This document shows, in pieces, positions 14,456-32,869 of a DNA stretch of 64,000 nucleotides (the first letter of the stretch is position 1; every line of letters begins with the position of its first letter). Position numbers and translations under genes: made by a program. Origin of the DNA: the human T2T-CHM13v2.0 reference genome, Homo sapiens. The DNA is taken from NCBI RefSeq assembly GCF_009914755.1, contig NC_060933.1; one strand, given 5' to 3'. The notes under the pieces were generated by a model that had not been told where the DNA came from, made no database searches, and saw nothing but the letters and a program-made list of their open reading frames with translations.

Positions 14456-16402
14456 GATTTGTTTTTAAAAAGAAAACCACATAGTTCCTCATATCCAACA
14501 TAATTATTTCTTGCGTATTGTATAAGCTGACCACACGGCCCCTTGTTCCTTAGAAGAGATTCTTTATTTTATACCCAAGAGTTATCTTGTTATTGAATGC
14601 AGCCTCAATAAATAAAGTTACTTATTGTCCTATTTACACTGGTTTTATGGCTGTAGTATCCACCAAATCCTGCCAATGGCAAAAGCAAAGTGGTCCTTCT
14701 GTAAAGACAAATGGAATAGAGCTAAAATTTACTGATACTTCAAAAAGAAAGCCACGGAAACTCTCTGGAAGCTTTCACTCAGGGAAAATGGTCCCTTAGT
14801 ATTTTGGTAACCAAATAGTAGTGAGCATTATTCCCAAAGTCCGAAAATGCCCAGGAAAGCTATGTGGCAGGTCATGGAGGACTGGTGAAAGAAAATTCCA
14901 AGCTACCAACCAGGGGAAGGAGAACCCTAGCTTGAATTCTGCCATGCAACTTTTATCCATTTTGTGTTTGCTTACTATTTCATCTGATTAATGCTTCTAT
15001 CAGAGGATATTGGGATTGTTATGACTTTGGGCAACTAATGGTCCCATAAAATCCAGGGAAGAAAAGAAATACAAACAGTAAAACCAAGACTTAAGCCCTT
15101 AGCAGTAGCTGTACCTAAATGAGTGATTCTGGTATCTTTATTCAGAGAGTAAATCTGAAGAAAACCTTGTAATCTTCAGACATGTCAGTCTATCAAAGGC
15201 CAGATACTAGGGCTACAACTAATTTCCATAGCAAATTTACCAGACACAGCAATATTCCCCTGCCTAGAGAGCAATGGACAAAAGAGGAACTCCCCTTTCC
15301 TCCAGATAGAAAGCCACATATAATGGCACAGACTGAGCAGGGACAGACTTAAGAGACCATTATATCAACCAGAAGAAGAGAAGATGGGGAGAATTGGATA
15401 TATTTGAGAGCTAAAATGGAGTTATAATTAATATTTACTGTAGATGATGACATCTATGGACATATTTTTTGAATAATTGCTACTGTATTACCTCAGTAAC
15501 CTAAGCACACAAAACTAATTCTAACCATATCAAAATAATGTTTCCTGGTGACAAATTTATTCCTAATCATTCTCTCCTCTCTTTTAACACTATACCTTAT
15601 ACAAACCTCTATTCTATTATTCCAAGACCCATTTCTGATAGTAATTTTAAAAAAGTAACCCAGGTCCACTTATGAGCACATATTTTTTTGCTTCTGGAAA
15701 TTTAAAATGCATGGCTAATGTTTGGGTTAAACTGACATCAAGATATATTTGATAGCATATTCTAATTTTCTCACTGAATTCATAAATAACTTGGAAATTC
15801 CCCTCATTTTAAATTAGGAGAAAACTACATCATGCATAATGCTATCTGAACTGTGAAAATTGAAGATTTTCTTTCATTTACCTTTTAAAATTAGATTTAT
15901 CTATCAATTATTTCAACCCTCCAAGACAAATTCACACACAGTTTCAGTAGAATGTGATTTCTTTGTAGGCTATTCTTGCTAAACCAAACTGATTCATAAG
16001 ATAAAGTGTGGCTAAATAAGTTCCACATAGACAAGTCAGAAGTGGCAGCAGAATAGCTTGCTTTTTCCTAAATGACTCCTTTTACCAACACCCCACACGA
16101 TAGGGTGCTTCTTTCTTCCAACCAACTTCAGGAACAAGATATCCCAGTTACTACTGGTACCTTTTCTCAGGGTGGGTCATCACAAAAGTAGCTATGCCAT
16201 TGGCTATTCTCACATGTATTCAAAGCAGCTTTAGCACAATCTCTAAAACTAATTAAGTTAGGTGCTCACAAGTATTTAGAAAGTTCCTCCTCATTCAGCA
16301 GTAGAGTAAGCCTTTATTGATTTCCTGTCAGTATGAGTATCTTCACCTCCGTCTTAAGTCATGTCTGTTTCTAGTTCAGAATGCTGGTCTTGTCTACTCT
16401 AA

Positions 16403-16714
<312 letters not shown>

Positions 16715-18375
16715 CTAAAGTCTATTTTCTAAGTATACCAAGTCAAACCTAATCACTCTACCCTCTTCACAGCCTTTTAAATCCCAGCCTCATCAGTCTT
16801 CAACTCAAAGACTTCTTTTGCTGGCCTCATCCTCCTTTATACAACCTATATCCTTTCTACCTTTTTAACACTCTTAACTCTTACACTCCTCCTATAGGTC
16901 ACTGAGAGCACAAGAAGGTGTCTTCTGTCAAAGAACTAGGCATATTATCTCTTACAGCCTTAACATGGTGAGGCAAAACACTTAAGTATATGCAGTGTTA
17001 AACTATCCTAAGGCACTATAAAAAACAAAGTTGAAAATTCAAAGTCAACATGTTCAAGAACTACCAGGTAATGTGAATATCATGTAAGAAACTAATTTCA
17101 AGAAGTTAGAGATCGACCTTTAATGTTTTTTCTATCTTTATGTAATAGGGAATCATAATTATTTTACCCAAGGAAATAAAACAATGAAGGGAACATTCAA
17201 GCTTGACCTGATCCTGTTGTGATCAGAGAATCAAGTAGAGCAAAATTAGAAAAGTAGTGGTCTGTGAAACCACAATCATTTGATCTGGAGTTCTGGCTCA
17301 ACCCTTAATATGTCACTTTGGGTCAGTTACTTAACCTCTCTGAGCTTTAATTTTGATTTATACAAAATTAACATAATAGTACTTACCTCAGAGAGCTTTT
17401 GAAGATGAAAGATAAAATATGCAAAGTACCCACTGCTTGGCTATGAGTCAAGGGGATTTGACTATCTAAGAATTTCTGAAATCTTCATATCAGGAGCCTT
17501 GTACGTTTTGATTTCTGAGATGATGATGCTATAGGCTTCTTTAATTTTGGCCTGGCTTCATTTCTAAACCAGTTTCTCACCATCCTCTCTTCATGTACAC
17601 AGAGCAACAGTCAGTCAAAATGCTATGCACACGTTGCCTCCCATATGGACCACACATATTTTTTTCTTTGTCTTCTCTCATCTTTATCTTTCAGTACCAT
17701 CCTTCCCTCATCTATTCTTATTAATCTAAATCCAGTTAAGAAACTTTCCTTCATTACTCCATGTCTCAGTTACCTCATTTTCCTAGAAATATCTATTAGG
17801 TATGTAACCTGTCACTTGCTAACATGCCCTGCTGAGTCTTGCTCCAGGTATTCTGATGTATCAACAAAGTCAGCATGGACTAAAAAATATGTCTGTCTGC
17901 CACCATACTCTTCTGATCTCCCTTCCATCTGTTGGAAAAGTCTTTGTTGGATAATACTGATATTTCAGTTAGGTACAGTTACATCCACTGGATGCTTCTC
18001 CCTCTTCATAATATCTGTGATTGTTTCAGAAACTACTTCTCGCATATTATATTATCTAGTGATTAACTGCACCCTCCAGTTCCCAAAACTGGGCAATATT
18101 CCTGAGCTACAGGGGGATAAAATGCATCTATCCCTTTTTGTTCTTTTATATTAAAAGACAAACTCTTTATGTCTAATACCTTTTAGATGGATGATATCTC
18201 GTTAATATTAATATTAAAGAGTTTTATGTAACATTTCCTTCTCTCTTCCTAAGATTCTGATATGAGTCAGTAGTGAAAGGAGGTGCCATGTTGGGGGCAA
18301 ATTCAAGCTGCTCATCCCCTCTAATGTTCAAGGCTTAGTTATTGGGTCATGTTTATCTACCAGTTCTCTCATTTA

Positions 18376-21083
<2,708 letters not shown>

Positions 21084-23601
21084 TATTGTATTCTCCCAGG
21101 AGGTATGCCAGCCCTTCAAAACTGTAAACTCTGGCACCCACCCACCCACAAAGAGCCTAAAGTTTTTCCAGATATGATCTCCAGAATGAATCTAGCTTAG
21201 AAACAGTTTTAGAATACACCATATTCATATAATTTATGGTGTTCCTTTTAGTTATTTATTTCATCATTTTATAATTTAGTCTTTTATGTGTTTTTATTTT
21301 GTCTCTGCACCTAGAAAGTAAGTTATCTTAGGACAGTCGAAGGAGTATGGCAGGCCCTGAGAAACAAAGCACAGTGTTATAAGATGGCAGATATTTATAA
21401 CTATCTTCTGACTGATTTTTTGAGAGAATGCTAAATGGAGTGATGGAATTGCAGAATCATTTAAAGATGTGGATGAAAGGCAAAGAATGGGCATTTGAAA
21501 ATGATGCAAAAGTAGTGTGCGGAAAAATTACATTTATGAATTCAGCAAAAATTTTTGAGAGAGCTAATAAGTGTTCAACACTTTATTAGGCACTGGATTA
21601 CATTGTAAGTAAGATACATAAGAGTCCACAAGGAGCTCTCAGTCCAACAAGAGAGCTAAATATGTTCAAAAGTACAATTTATTGCTTTAAAAATTATAAC
21701 AAACCTAAACTCAGGGTAATATGGGAATACAAACATGAAAAGAAATTGAAGAATGTTAGGGAGAAGTTTGTGAATTTAAGATCTTACAAATAAACACTAG
21801 GAACTAATAGTAGTTATTAACATTTCAAATATCTATGAAGTTATTGGATCATATGAAGATCATCTTTGTGTGATTTCCTTTAGGTATAGCTACTTCCTAG
21901 TGTGTTCCATTTAAGACAATGTCCTTTTACTCTTCCTCAGTGTAGAAGATTTGGGGTAGAGGTAAAACATCTGGAAGTTGTGTGGATATCAGTATACTCT
22001 GAATGGTTGGTTATGCATTTCAGACAGGTCCTGTTGATCCAGTAGTAAGTACTCATGGTACTGTTACCCATTTCAGTGATAGTGCCATAGACTGAATAAG
22101 GAAAGAACTGAGTTGCTCTCCCAGCATGAGGCAAGCTTCGTAAGTGCAATGTACCAATCCAGTGCCTAGTCTTCTGCAAAAAGTTTTCTATCAAACTGAT
22201 GCTTCTCTGGGTAGTCAGACTTCGAATTGACTAAGACTAGCATATTAAAGCCCAGTGATTATTTTCTTATGTAGCAACAACCCTAACACCTGTTTGTTTT
22301 CACATTATGAACAGTAACAGAAGCAATCTAATATTTATTATGATCATTTGTAACAGTCTTTTAAAAAACTTTCTTTCAAATATAAGAACATCTGGTCAGA
22401 TATGCAAACTTTGAAAATTAGCTGCTTTAATTTCTTTTTAAACACAGGGAGAGTTACTGGAAAAGAAGGTAAGGTGAATGCAGATGCATGTACAGACAGG
22501 GTGAAATGTGTAGACCCCTAAAGCACACTGTAAATGTCGCTCTCTGCTAGCAGGAAGATAACTTTATTTTTTTAAAAATTAATAAAATGTGTAATTTGGG
22601 AATACTGGCAAAGAAACTACTTCCAATATTTTAATGTAGTATTCAAATTTGAATTTTCAGTGTAATTCATTTCTAAAGTAATAAAGAGGAGAAAGAAGTT
22701 GCATATCATTTTCTTTTAACCATTAAATGCCCCAGTTAACTATTAAGACCCACTTCCATTGAAATAAATTCATATGCATATTCATTATTTTATCAATTAA
22801 AAAATTTACATATATATATATACACACACACACATATAAGGGGATATAACGGGACTATTAGGTACTAGGCATTTAAAAAACTGAATGATCAACATCTACC
22901 ATTTGCCAGTCACTGTTTTAGGAATGAAGAATGCTACAGTAAAGGGGAAAAATTAACAGTGCCTGACCTTAAGATGTTTATATAGTCTAGTGGGGAAGAG
23001 AAATAGAGATGTGGATAGCAGCTCATACAAGGATAGGTGATATCACAAATACACTATGTTACTGATTGAATCACACTGTCCTAAGGCTAATCTGGCAGAT
23101 AGTTTACATCCACTTCTATAGAATCTGGCATTATGTGATTCTGATTTGTGACAGACTTGTTTCTAGACTAAAGCTGCAAATGCCTTCTTAGTATATTCTA
23201 AAACTAGTGACCGGATTTCTGCATGTGGAAATGCTTGCTTGAACCTGTAACTGTTTCCAAACAGGAAACAATATTCCACATGGTAAAGGCAAGCTGAATC
23301 TGCTATTGATCTTTATAACACAAACATTGGGGGAACTTCAATGTCCAGTCACGGAGTTCCTTAAATTATGCCCCTGAATAAATCTCACAAAGCATGCCAG
23401 ATGTAGAGGCCAGATGCAGACTTACCTGGGTGGAATTTGATTAGACTTGGGAAGTAGAAAGATACTAAATGCAATTACGTTCTGATTCATTAGAGACCAA
23501 AGTTTAAAATAGTCAAGTTATTTCCAGGATACAAATCTTTCAATATTAAATGCATCATGTTGACTAGAATGAGTTATGGGACACAGCTCACAAGGGTGTC
23601 C

Positions 23602-23682
23602 CAATGATAAGTGTGAGACACTGATACAATGATAAGTGAGGGTGAGACAATGATAAGTAATGGTGAGACAATGATAAGTAAT
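23602..23682. repeat. Short tandem repeat, 21-bp unit, core caatgataagt x4
   Basis: Core starts at 23602, 23627, 23648 and 23669. Confidence 0.85.
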
Positions 23683-26638
23683 GAGTGAATGATGTGCAGA
23701 ATTTAGGACAAATGAGATCAAACTGTAGTTTACCATCTCTTTCAGGATAGTTTTTTTTTTTTTGGAAGTCCTCCAAATCATGTATTTCAGAAGGTTCTGG
23801 TTTAAGAATTCTATTTGATGAAAGATCAGATGTAGAAAACACTGCCCTTTCTGCTAGTGAAGTATGTTTTCATTCTGCTGCAAGTTCATGCCAGGAGAAA
23901 ATATTATTTTTCAAATAAAAAGTATCATAAGTTATCTTAGACCCTGTACTAGGCTATAATAACTGTGCTCTTTTGGCTTACATCAAATCAGAGTTGATAA
24001 TCAATTTTGCATCAACTATGCCCTGGAGATGTTCAGGAATCGGGTGGGAGACTTTCTAGGAGGTATGGGTTTGAGAAATTCTACAAGTCGGAATTCTTGG
24101 CTAGGAAATTATTTGATGTCTCTTTCAGTGCTTCAGATTTGCTAGTAACCAGCTCTAAAAATTTATATGCAAAGAATTTACTTTTAGTTCTTCTATATCC
24201 ATAGCAATATATATCATTTCCAATATTTGTACTGTAAGTCCCAGTAACTGACAGAATGTACTAATTATTCAAGAAAGGAGTAAGCCCCTGTGGCAGGTAA
24301 ACCTAAACTCTTTCTGTTTCAGTCCATACTCAGGAACAGTCCTTATCATAAATTAACATACTTGCAAAATGTATTTGGCTACAAAGCCCTTTGTAGATGG
24401 AACACATACCTCCAGACCAGTGGTCCACAGAACACACGCTAGAAAACAATCCATTCAATCACTCTGGTACTTAGAGAAAGAAAAATCCTATTTAGATGAA
24501 CACTAAAGTATTATTCAAATAACTTTTAACTTGGCCCTTTAGGTAATTCTTCAATAAGTAATGGGTATATACATTTACGTACAAAATTATGCCAAGAATT
24601 ATACACGAAGTGTGTCCATAGGTGTTTTGTTCTTTGATGAAAAGGAAAACCAGATGATTGTTGACATTATCATCAGCAAACACTTGTTTAGAATCAGGCC
24701 TGTAATATCACTAGTAGCAATGGGGCTTCCATAAAAAGAAATACTAAGGATTTTAAGTCCTAAGCTGCTTTCAAATTCATGGAAAGGCAAAATATACACA
24801 CAGAACAAAAAGTAAATTATACAATATCATAGAAATGTATTTTATAGTAGAGCAAATAGCACACATGTATAATGGCATAGGGATTGGATTATTAATTTTA
24901 GAAAATGAAAACCAGGTTAATATTATGAAAACTCACAGATTTCAAAAAGAGGATACTTTGGGAGAAAAACTCACACATGTATTAGCTGTGTGAGCTTAGT
25001 AAATTACATTCCTTTCTATGTCTCAGCTTCTTCATCTTGAACATATTTACAACCATGTCTACATTTCAGAGTACACATACCTTTGTATAAAATACCTGTA
25101 TTAAGGCTGTTATTTAATTTAGGGTAGTTATTATTATTATTATTTTATTGCTATTGTCATGTTAGATTTAATAGAAAGATACATGATATATTCAGGTACT
25201 GGTTACTTTTCCTTACCTATTTCTGAAGAAGAGACTTTATGAAGATTGTCTGTCTTCAGCAGTATGTTAATTTCATGCTAAACTTTATCCTTAGAATGAG
25301 TATATTATTTATAATACAATGTTCCATTTGCTCACTCAGGGATTTCCTAGCCACTCAGTTCAAACCTCTTGCAAATATTTTATCAAATCGTTAGCCTCTG
25401 GCATGACTCTGCTTGGCTTTCAATCAACTCCATAGTCTACTGTAACAGTGCTACTTTCCCAACTGCAGTACATCCCTGAATCTCTTTCCCTTCCAATGTC
25501 TGCTTCCTCTGCACCTCACTGAGGGGAAAAGTGAGCTGCTGAGAGAAGATGAGCAGCTTTCCAGTCCTCCTTTGTTTCAGATGCCGACTTTGCTGATGTT
25601 GGGTGAACTCACTTCCTCCCACTGTAGTTTTCCCATTTACACTCTCTTTCTTTACACCTCAGATTAGATTGATCTTGTGATGTAGATTCTGCACTCACTG
25701 AGAAGACTGGACCAACCCAAAACCAATAGTTTACAAAGCATTAGCTAGAAACTCTTGGGATTGTCTGTGTTTATCCCATTTCTTCTCCTAATATGGTTTT
25801 AGATGGCATGTTGTAGATGAATGCTGTCAGTTATTTCATAAGTATTATTTTATCATGTTAAATACAGTTTTAATTCTAACTTTTCTTTCAAAGTTAATGA
25901 CAGTCTTTTTAATAAAATACATGTAATAAAAAAAGGTTAAAGGCATAATTATAGATACGGCTAGATTAATGTCAGGGATTCCCAAAGACCGTTTCTATGA
26001 GTGTACTTCAAGGTAGTATCTCAAATTAGAGAATTATGTCAACAGAGAAGGATTATTTGTTTGCTACTGTAAAGATATATGTTAACATTTCATTTAGTTG
26101 CTTTTAATGCATTTTATGATCCAAAAGACTATTATTTGATAGAAAAACCATTCTGGTAATCTATGGCTGTAAAGAAAATGCTGTTTACCTCAAGGCACCA
26201 ATATGATATGAACTATATATTAGATTATTAAGGAGAGTATTACCTCAAAGTCAAAACCTGACCATAACTCATAGAACTGCCACTACTGTAAGATGGAAAT
26301 TGTTGATAGAAATGCACTAGACAAAGATATCTTCAAAGAGCCTGAAGAAGAACAATGTTTATAAAAGCAAATAATAGTAACCACTACCACAACAAAACAC
26401 TTATTGAGTGTTTATGAGGTGTCAGGCATTGTGCTAAGCACTGGCCTTGGATTATCTCACTTACTTCTGGAGACCAAGGTCAAAATATTGTGACATTTGG
26501 CTTTAAACAAATGAACTTCTAGGTAGACCTGCTGTATATATAGACTTCACATCATTATCATCGTTATCATCATCATCATCATCACAGTAACTTATATATA
26601 ATGTATCAGATACTTGTCTGAGTATTTTATATCAATGA

Positions 26639-27043
<405 letters not shown>

Positions 27044-27611
27044 TGCCCAAGATCATTAATTAGTGTCAGAGCTATGATTCAAACCCAGGCCTTACTTAAA
27101 GTCAGATAAACTTGATAGTTTATAGGTCAATCACGACTTCTTATAGATTGCCTCCTCAAACAAGAAAAGGGTAGCTTGCTGGGATGGCAGCATTCTAATA
27201 AATTCTACCCAGTAGTACATACCCAACAGCCAGAAAATGGCAAACCCTACTTCTTTCTCCCAATATATGAGACTTTCACAACATGTAGACCTTATTAAGT
27301 AAAAATTCAAAGTTTGTGAAAGCTCGTGGAAGAGTCCATACTTTATCCATAAAGGCAACATGATACCTAATAAATGCTTTTTCTTGTCCCTTTATTTCAG
27401 ATTAAATCCTCTATGCTATTATGTACTACAAGGGCATGATTATATGTCACTCTGTGATGTCAAAATATCTATTACTAAATAACGGCACTTTAGTTAACCA
27501 TGAGAGGATAAAGTAGCATTATCTGACAATGGACAGAATGAACTAATTACCAACTGGTCTGACCAACAAGAGAGAGATATGCTTCCTACTGCTAAAAATA
27601 TAGAAGTGTGA

Positions 27612-28310
27612 CCAGTCAGAATGGCTACTATTAAAAAGTCAAAAAATAACAGATGCTGGCAAGGTTGTGGAGAAAAAGGAATGCTTATACACTATTAGAG
27701 GAAGTTTAAATTCGTTCAGCCGTTGTGGAAGACAGTATGGAAATTTCTCAAAGACTTAAAGACAGAAATACCATTCAACCCAGCAATCCCATTACTGGGT
27801 ATACACCTAAAGGAATATAAATCATTCTATTATAAAGACACATGCACACATATGTTCCTTGCAGCACTATTCCCAATAGCAAACACATGGAATCAATCTA
27901 AATGTCCATCAATGATAGACTGAGTAAAGAAAATGTAGTACGTATATACCACGGAATACTATGGAGCCATAAAAAAGGATGACATCATGTTCTTTGCAGG
28001 GACATGGATGAAGCTGGAGTCCATTATCCTTAGCAAACTAACACAGGAATAGAAAACCAAACACCTCATGTTCTCACTTATAAGTGGGAGCTAAATAATG
28101 AGAACAAATGGTCACATAGAGGGAAACAACACATAATGGGGCCTTTCAGAAGGTAGAGGGTGGGAGGAGGGAGAGGATCAGGAAAAACAACTAATTGGTA
28201 CTAGACTTAACACCTGGACGATTAAATAATCTGTACAACAGCCCCCATGACACAAGTTTACCTGTGTAACAAACCTGCACTTGTACCCCTGAACTTAAAA
28301 GTTAAAAAAA
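27612..28310 (+). mobile_element. 5'-truncated older primate L1PA (about L1PA13-16) 3' end
   Basis: ORF2 C-terminal peptide (WKTVWKFLKDLKTEIPFNPAIPLLG), older 3'-UTR, and 14-bp TSD atatagaagtgtga at 27598-27611 and 28312-28325. Confidence 0.92.
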
Positions 28311-31300
28311 TATATAGAAGTGTGATGTTAGCACAGGTTTAGATATTCATTCATTCAGTCAGTTACCAGACCTGAGTATGTATGGGGCTCTGGGGTTAAG
28401 TCTTAAGGAAGAAAGACAAAGGCCCTGACCTCAAGCACATTACAGTTTAGTGAAAAATATCACACTTCCCCAAGTCTGCACATTTAGAAACAAGTTCTTA
28501 GATTATTTTCAGAACATAAGAGAACTTCTCTGAAAATACATGACTCAATCATACAAAAAATACTGACTCTGATGTACTACTACGGAGCCGTACAACAATG
28601 GTAATTTTCAATAAAATAACTGAAGAGAAAATGATGCTCTGAGTTAGGAGATTCTTCTACCAGAGGTGTTAATGTGCTCCAGCTCATTAGAGGATTATAT
28701 CAAATAAAGCTGAACTGACGTTCACTTTTTTGTGTGTTTTGTGTCTTCTTTAGGCTCCTTCCTCCAGTTATTTTCTATATCCTTAAAATATCCCCTATTA
28801 TTTTCACCACACATGCACTGTAATGGAAAGGACATGATACATTCAGCAGAATTACTTAATTAGGTTTTTGTGAGCAGTATGTGCCAAGTAAGCTAGGTTT
28901 GCTTTCTAGCCATAAAAATGTGCCTGCAGTGCATGCCGTGTTCTCGAGGAGGAAACACAGTGATTGATGTGATGATAAAATGATGAAGGGAAGGATAAAG
29001 CCAGAGAGAAAAAAGTCTCAAAAGGGAAATAAAGTAGGGTAGCAGCTGCCCCCATGTTAATTGAAGCATAAATTTCAGAAGCAGGATCTGAGGTTTCATT
29101 TCAAGCATACACTGAGAGAGAGTTTGTGTGTGCGTGTGTGTGCGTATGTGTGCATATGTGCACTGCTGTGACAAAAAACACACAAGCTCTTTTCATCCTT
29201 TGTATGAAGGGTTTTAAAGTCAGTTTTATAAAGGAAAAAGTTGCAAATGTAGAAATGTATTGATTTTCACTGGAAGACATTTATTTAGTCAGCATTTAAC
29301 AGAGAATAACAGAATCCATGAAGGACAAGTGTTCCAGGCACTACAGATACAATAGGCTAGAAACCACACATTTCTGCACTCATGGACCTGAACGCTCTTA
29401 GTTTATCATTTCTCTCTGTACATATCTTCCCTACTTCCGCCCCACCCTTTGCCATAATCTTTTTAAAAACATATATATAAATGGCTTCATTTTCACTTTG
29501 AACACCACCATAGCTGTGTATGTAAAAACACTACAGTCTAGCCACTACCGATACATCCAGCCACTTCTTGCATCTCTCCCAATATCACAATTTCAAGCTT
29601 TCCATTCCTCAAACATAACGTTTATTTTTACATAATGGCGACTTTGTCAGACTGTACTCTGAGCCTCAAATACCTTCATACCAGTTTCCCATCCATTAAA
29701 ACCCACTCCATTTGATTGAAGTGCAGCTGAAATGCCTCTTAAGCTTCATGCTTTTTAATATTTCTAACAGTTTTAACAGTCCTTCATCTTAATTTCTGGG
29801 TAATTTTGCTTGGAATATGTCATTAAAGCTCTCAGTTCGTTTGTCCTGAAACGAGCTGTTCATATCTCTGTTTATATGGCTTGTTATTTTGTTGTTGTTG
29901 TTTTTTCTTTGGTAGGTGTGAACTACTTGAGGACAGGGCGGGGAGGCTGCTAATTTGTTTCTGGCTACATGCTGTTTTACATGTGCTAGGCTTTTAAAAA
30001 GTGTTTAGAGGGCAAACAAATATGCAGCCAGAAAGTATTTAAGAGTCACATGAGATTTTTCATGAGGGAATCAGCTGCCTCACTAAATTCTCAAGATTTT
30101 ATTTCAGAAGATCTAAGAATGTGAAGAGTTACATAGGTGAGAATGCCCACTGCTCTCTGCAGAGAGCAAGGGATGTATTGCATACACAGGTGCTATTTAA
30201 GTATTTTTCATGAATCACCTTGGGGAAAGCATAGCCCATTAATGGGGCATACTATTATCAGGAATGTTTTCAGAGATCTCATCTTTTATATCCTGTCTTT
30301 ATAGCTTAATGTTGCTTCTATGTATGAGCCTATAGTAATGTAATCCTAAGCTTGGCAAATCTTTACTTTAAAAAATGCTTTAAGAAAGAAAAATTGCTTC
30401 TAAGCTTAGGGACAGTACAAATTTTTATAGTTTTGTTATAAACTTCTGAGAAACAGAATTAGGACATCTTGACACTCTTTCTACCTTATGGACAAGCTAA
30501 TATACATCACCATAAAATAATGTGACTGCCATTCATACAACAGAGAACAAAAATAAATTTAAAACTAATGTAAACTATAAAACTATAATATATAAATTTT
30601 CTGTTCATTTTAAAACACTTAACCTTTAACCATGAAAACATACTAATTCACTGTCAAATCTTTTATATTCCAGAGGACACTTCTAAATCATATATTTGTA
30701 CACAGAAAAGTGGAATGGACTGTCTCTGTACATCCTGATTAGCAGGATTCACTTTGAAGGGCTATGTGAGGAGAAGTTTTGCGTTATAATACTTGGATCA
30801 AAATTATTTGTGCATTTTCCCCATACTTATGACTTATACAGTTCAGAAAGATAAAGTATTCCAAAGAAAGAAAGTGCATATCTCACAAACAGGGGAGCTC
30901 TTCCTTTGTGACAAGATAATTATTAATTGCATTATCTTATCATTATTTACCTTCAAAACAGACTTAATTTTATCTCCCTTTTAAAAACCTGTTCTTTCTA
31001 TACTTAATTTGAGCTAATGTGTTATCAAAATCTAGGGCAATATTCAGAGTTTTGACCTCTAATGGACTAAATATCCCAATATTTAAATTGCTTAATTAGC
31101 TACTCTTGCACTGAAGCATCTTCTCTCTCCAGTCTCTCCCTTTTTGGAAATAGTACCCCACTCTCCTGGGCACTCAGGCTAGAAACCAGGAAGCAGGACA
31201 AAGAGGTATTCCCTCCACATTGTAATTCAGGAATGCCAGAAAATTGTCTTCTCCTTTCCCCATGCCCTTCATACAAATTCCTCCTGGCTCACTGATGCCT

Positions 31301-31619
31301 GAAATTCCATCATTTATTGCTTTGGCTCACAGCCAGGAGAAGGGATGCCAGGAAGCCATGTACATGTCTTCCTTTCTAGTGTTGCCCTGGTGCCAGGCAC
31401 TCTGTTATTAACTCTCCATCATTCTTCTGCATTACATCTTTTTTTAAGTGAGGGAACCAAAGCTGAGAGAAGTTAAGTAATTTTGTTAGGGTCACAAGGC
31501 AGATTGATAGAAGATATGACAACTGAACCCAAGTTGGGTTGACTCCCGAATCTGTGATTTAGCAACTATTCTAGGCTAATATTTATGTGGGCCTAGCGCT
31601 GTATTAAGTATTGGTCTTA

Positions 31620-32574
31620 CTGGATACTTGTTTTCAGGCAAATCAGTGGAGCACCTGAGGAAAGTGCCCTACCCATACCAACTTACGCCTCACCATTGCA
31701 GTGCACTCGGCAAGACTTTGGACTGCCTGAGGTCATTCTCTGGCTCCTGCTCTCTCCAGCAACGCTAATATGGCAGACTAAAAGTGTTACAGAAACACCA
31801 GGGGACTCAGTCTAGGTCCTTCTGCTCGCTGCACAGAAAGCCAATCACTGACACAACAATATCGCCAAGGAAGAAGGCTTTAATTGGGTGCTACAGCTGA
31901 GGAGATGGGAACTCAGTCTGAAATCCATCTCCCTGATTGACTAAAACTAGAGGTTTACATAGCAGGGAAGGAATGTAACAATGTGTGAGAAAACAGGAAC
32001 TGGGGAGGGGCAAGGAAGCAATCATGAGGAGTGAAGGGCCTGGCATCTCATTGTCTGGATGTGGGTATTTAGTGAGTTTCAGTTCTTTGATACTTTATTT
32101 TTTTTCAGAGGCCTGAACATCATTTCCTGAGGAAGGAACTCAGAGAAGACAAATGTCAGTTTCAAGCTTTAAGATCAGAAGGGTCAATTTCTATGTGTAT
32201 CTTAAAAACTATCCATGGGACTACTGGGTCGGTTTCAAAAGCATGGGATAATTAACTCTCCCACCCCAACCCCAGCAGCTCTCAACCAATGACTGATGAG
32301 AATGGTGTATATAAGCTGCAGCTCCCTTGCCTCTTGTGAGGAAAAACCCTGCACTGACTCTCAGAATTATCCACTGGGATTAGGCTCCAGTTGTCCACTT
32401 AATGACACTTTTGATAATACATCCTTTATCAGCTGCCCTTCTTACCCTGTCTCAGTTCCCAGCTTACCTATAGATATTTCCTGGCATCCTTTCCAAAATA
32501 ATCTAATCTATTTGCACTTGAATCTTAGTGTTGGGGTTCCCAAGGTCTGCTTCTTTGGAACCCAAACTAAGGCA
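31620..32574 (+). mobile_element. LTR16-like ERVL LTR split by the ERV1 LTR
   Basis: ctcaaccaatgactgatgag...tatataag and terminus tctgcttctttggaacccaaactaaggca; left boundary approximate. Confidence 0.65.
31785..32237 (-). mobile_element. ERV1-class solo LTR (family not assigned) nested in an older LTR
   Basis: TG...CA termini with a 4-bp TSD aaag at 31781-31784 and 32238-32241. Confidence 0.82.
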
Positions 32575-32869
32575 ATCGGCATCATCCAAAATACAGATTT
32601 TCAGGAAGAGAAGGATTGGTGGACTTTGAGATCATTAGGCATTGAAGTGAACAGAAAAAGAGCTGGGCCACTCTCATTTGTTCCCAAATCATTACTACAT
32701 CCACGTGTTCCTTAGCCCATCACTCACAGCTAGAGAGATGGCGTCACTTGTTTGTCTATGAACAGATATTATGCCAGTTCTAGGGAACAGGGATAATGCA
32801 ATGAACAAAATGGATAAAATGCTCTGCCCGTATGGAAGTTATAGTCTAATAGCTGCCAAGAGTTTTTTT

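Noticed and set aside
17645-18154. 169-aa hydrophobic ORF on the plus strand
   Set aside because: No recognisable domain or splice context; Leu/Ser/Ile/Phe richness follows from T-rich DNA.
23420-23428. Perfect minus-strand donor CAG|GTAAGT
   Set aside because: No convincing acceptor at exon distance; isolated consensus donors are common in long introns.
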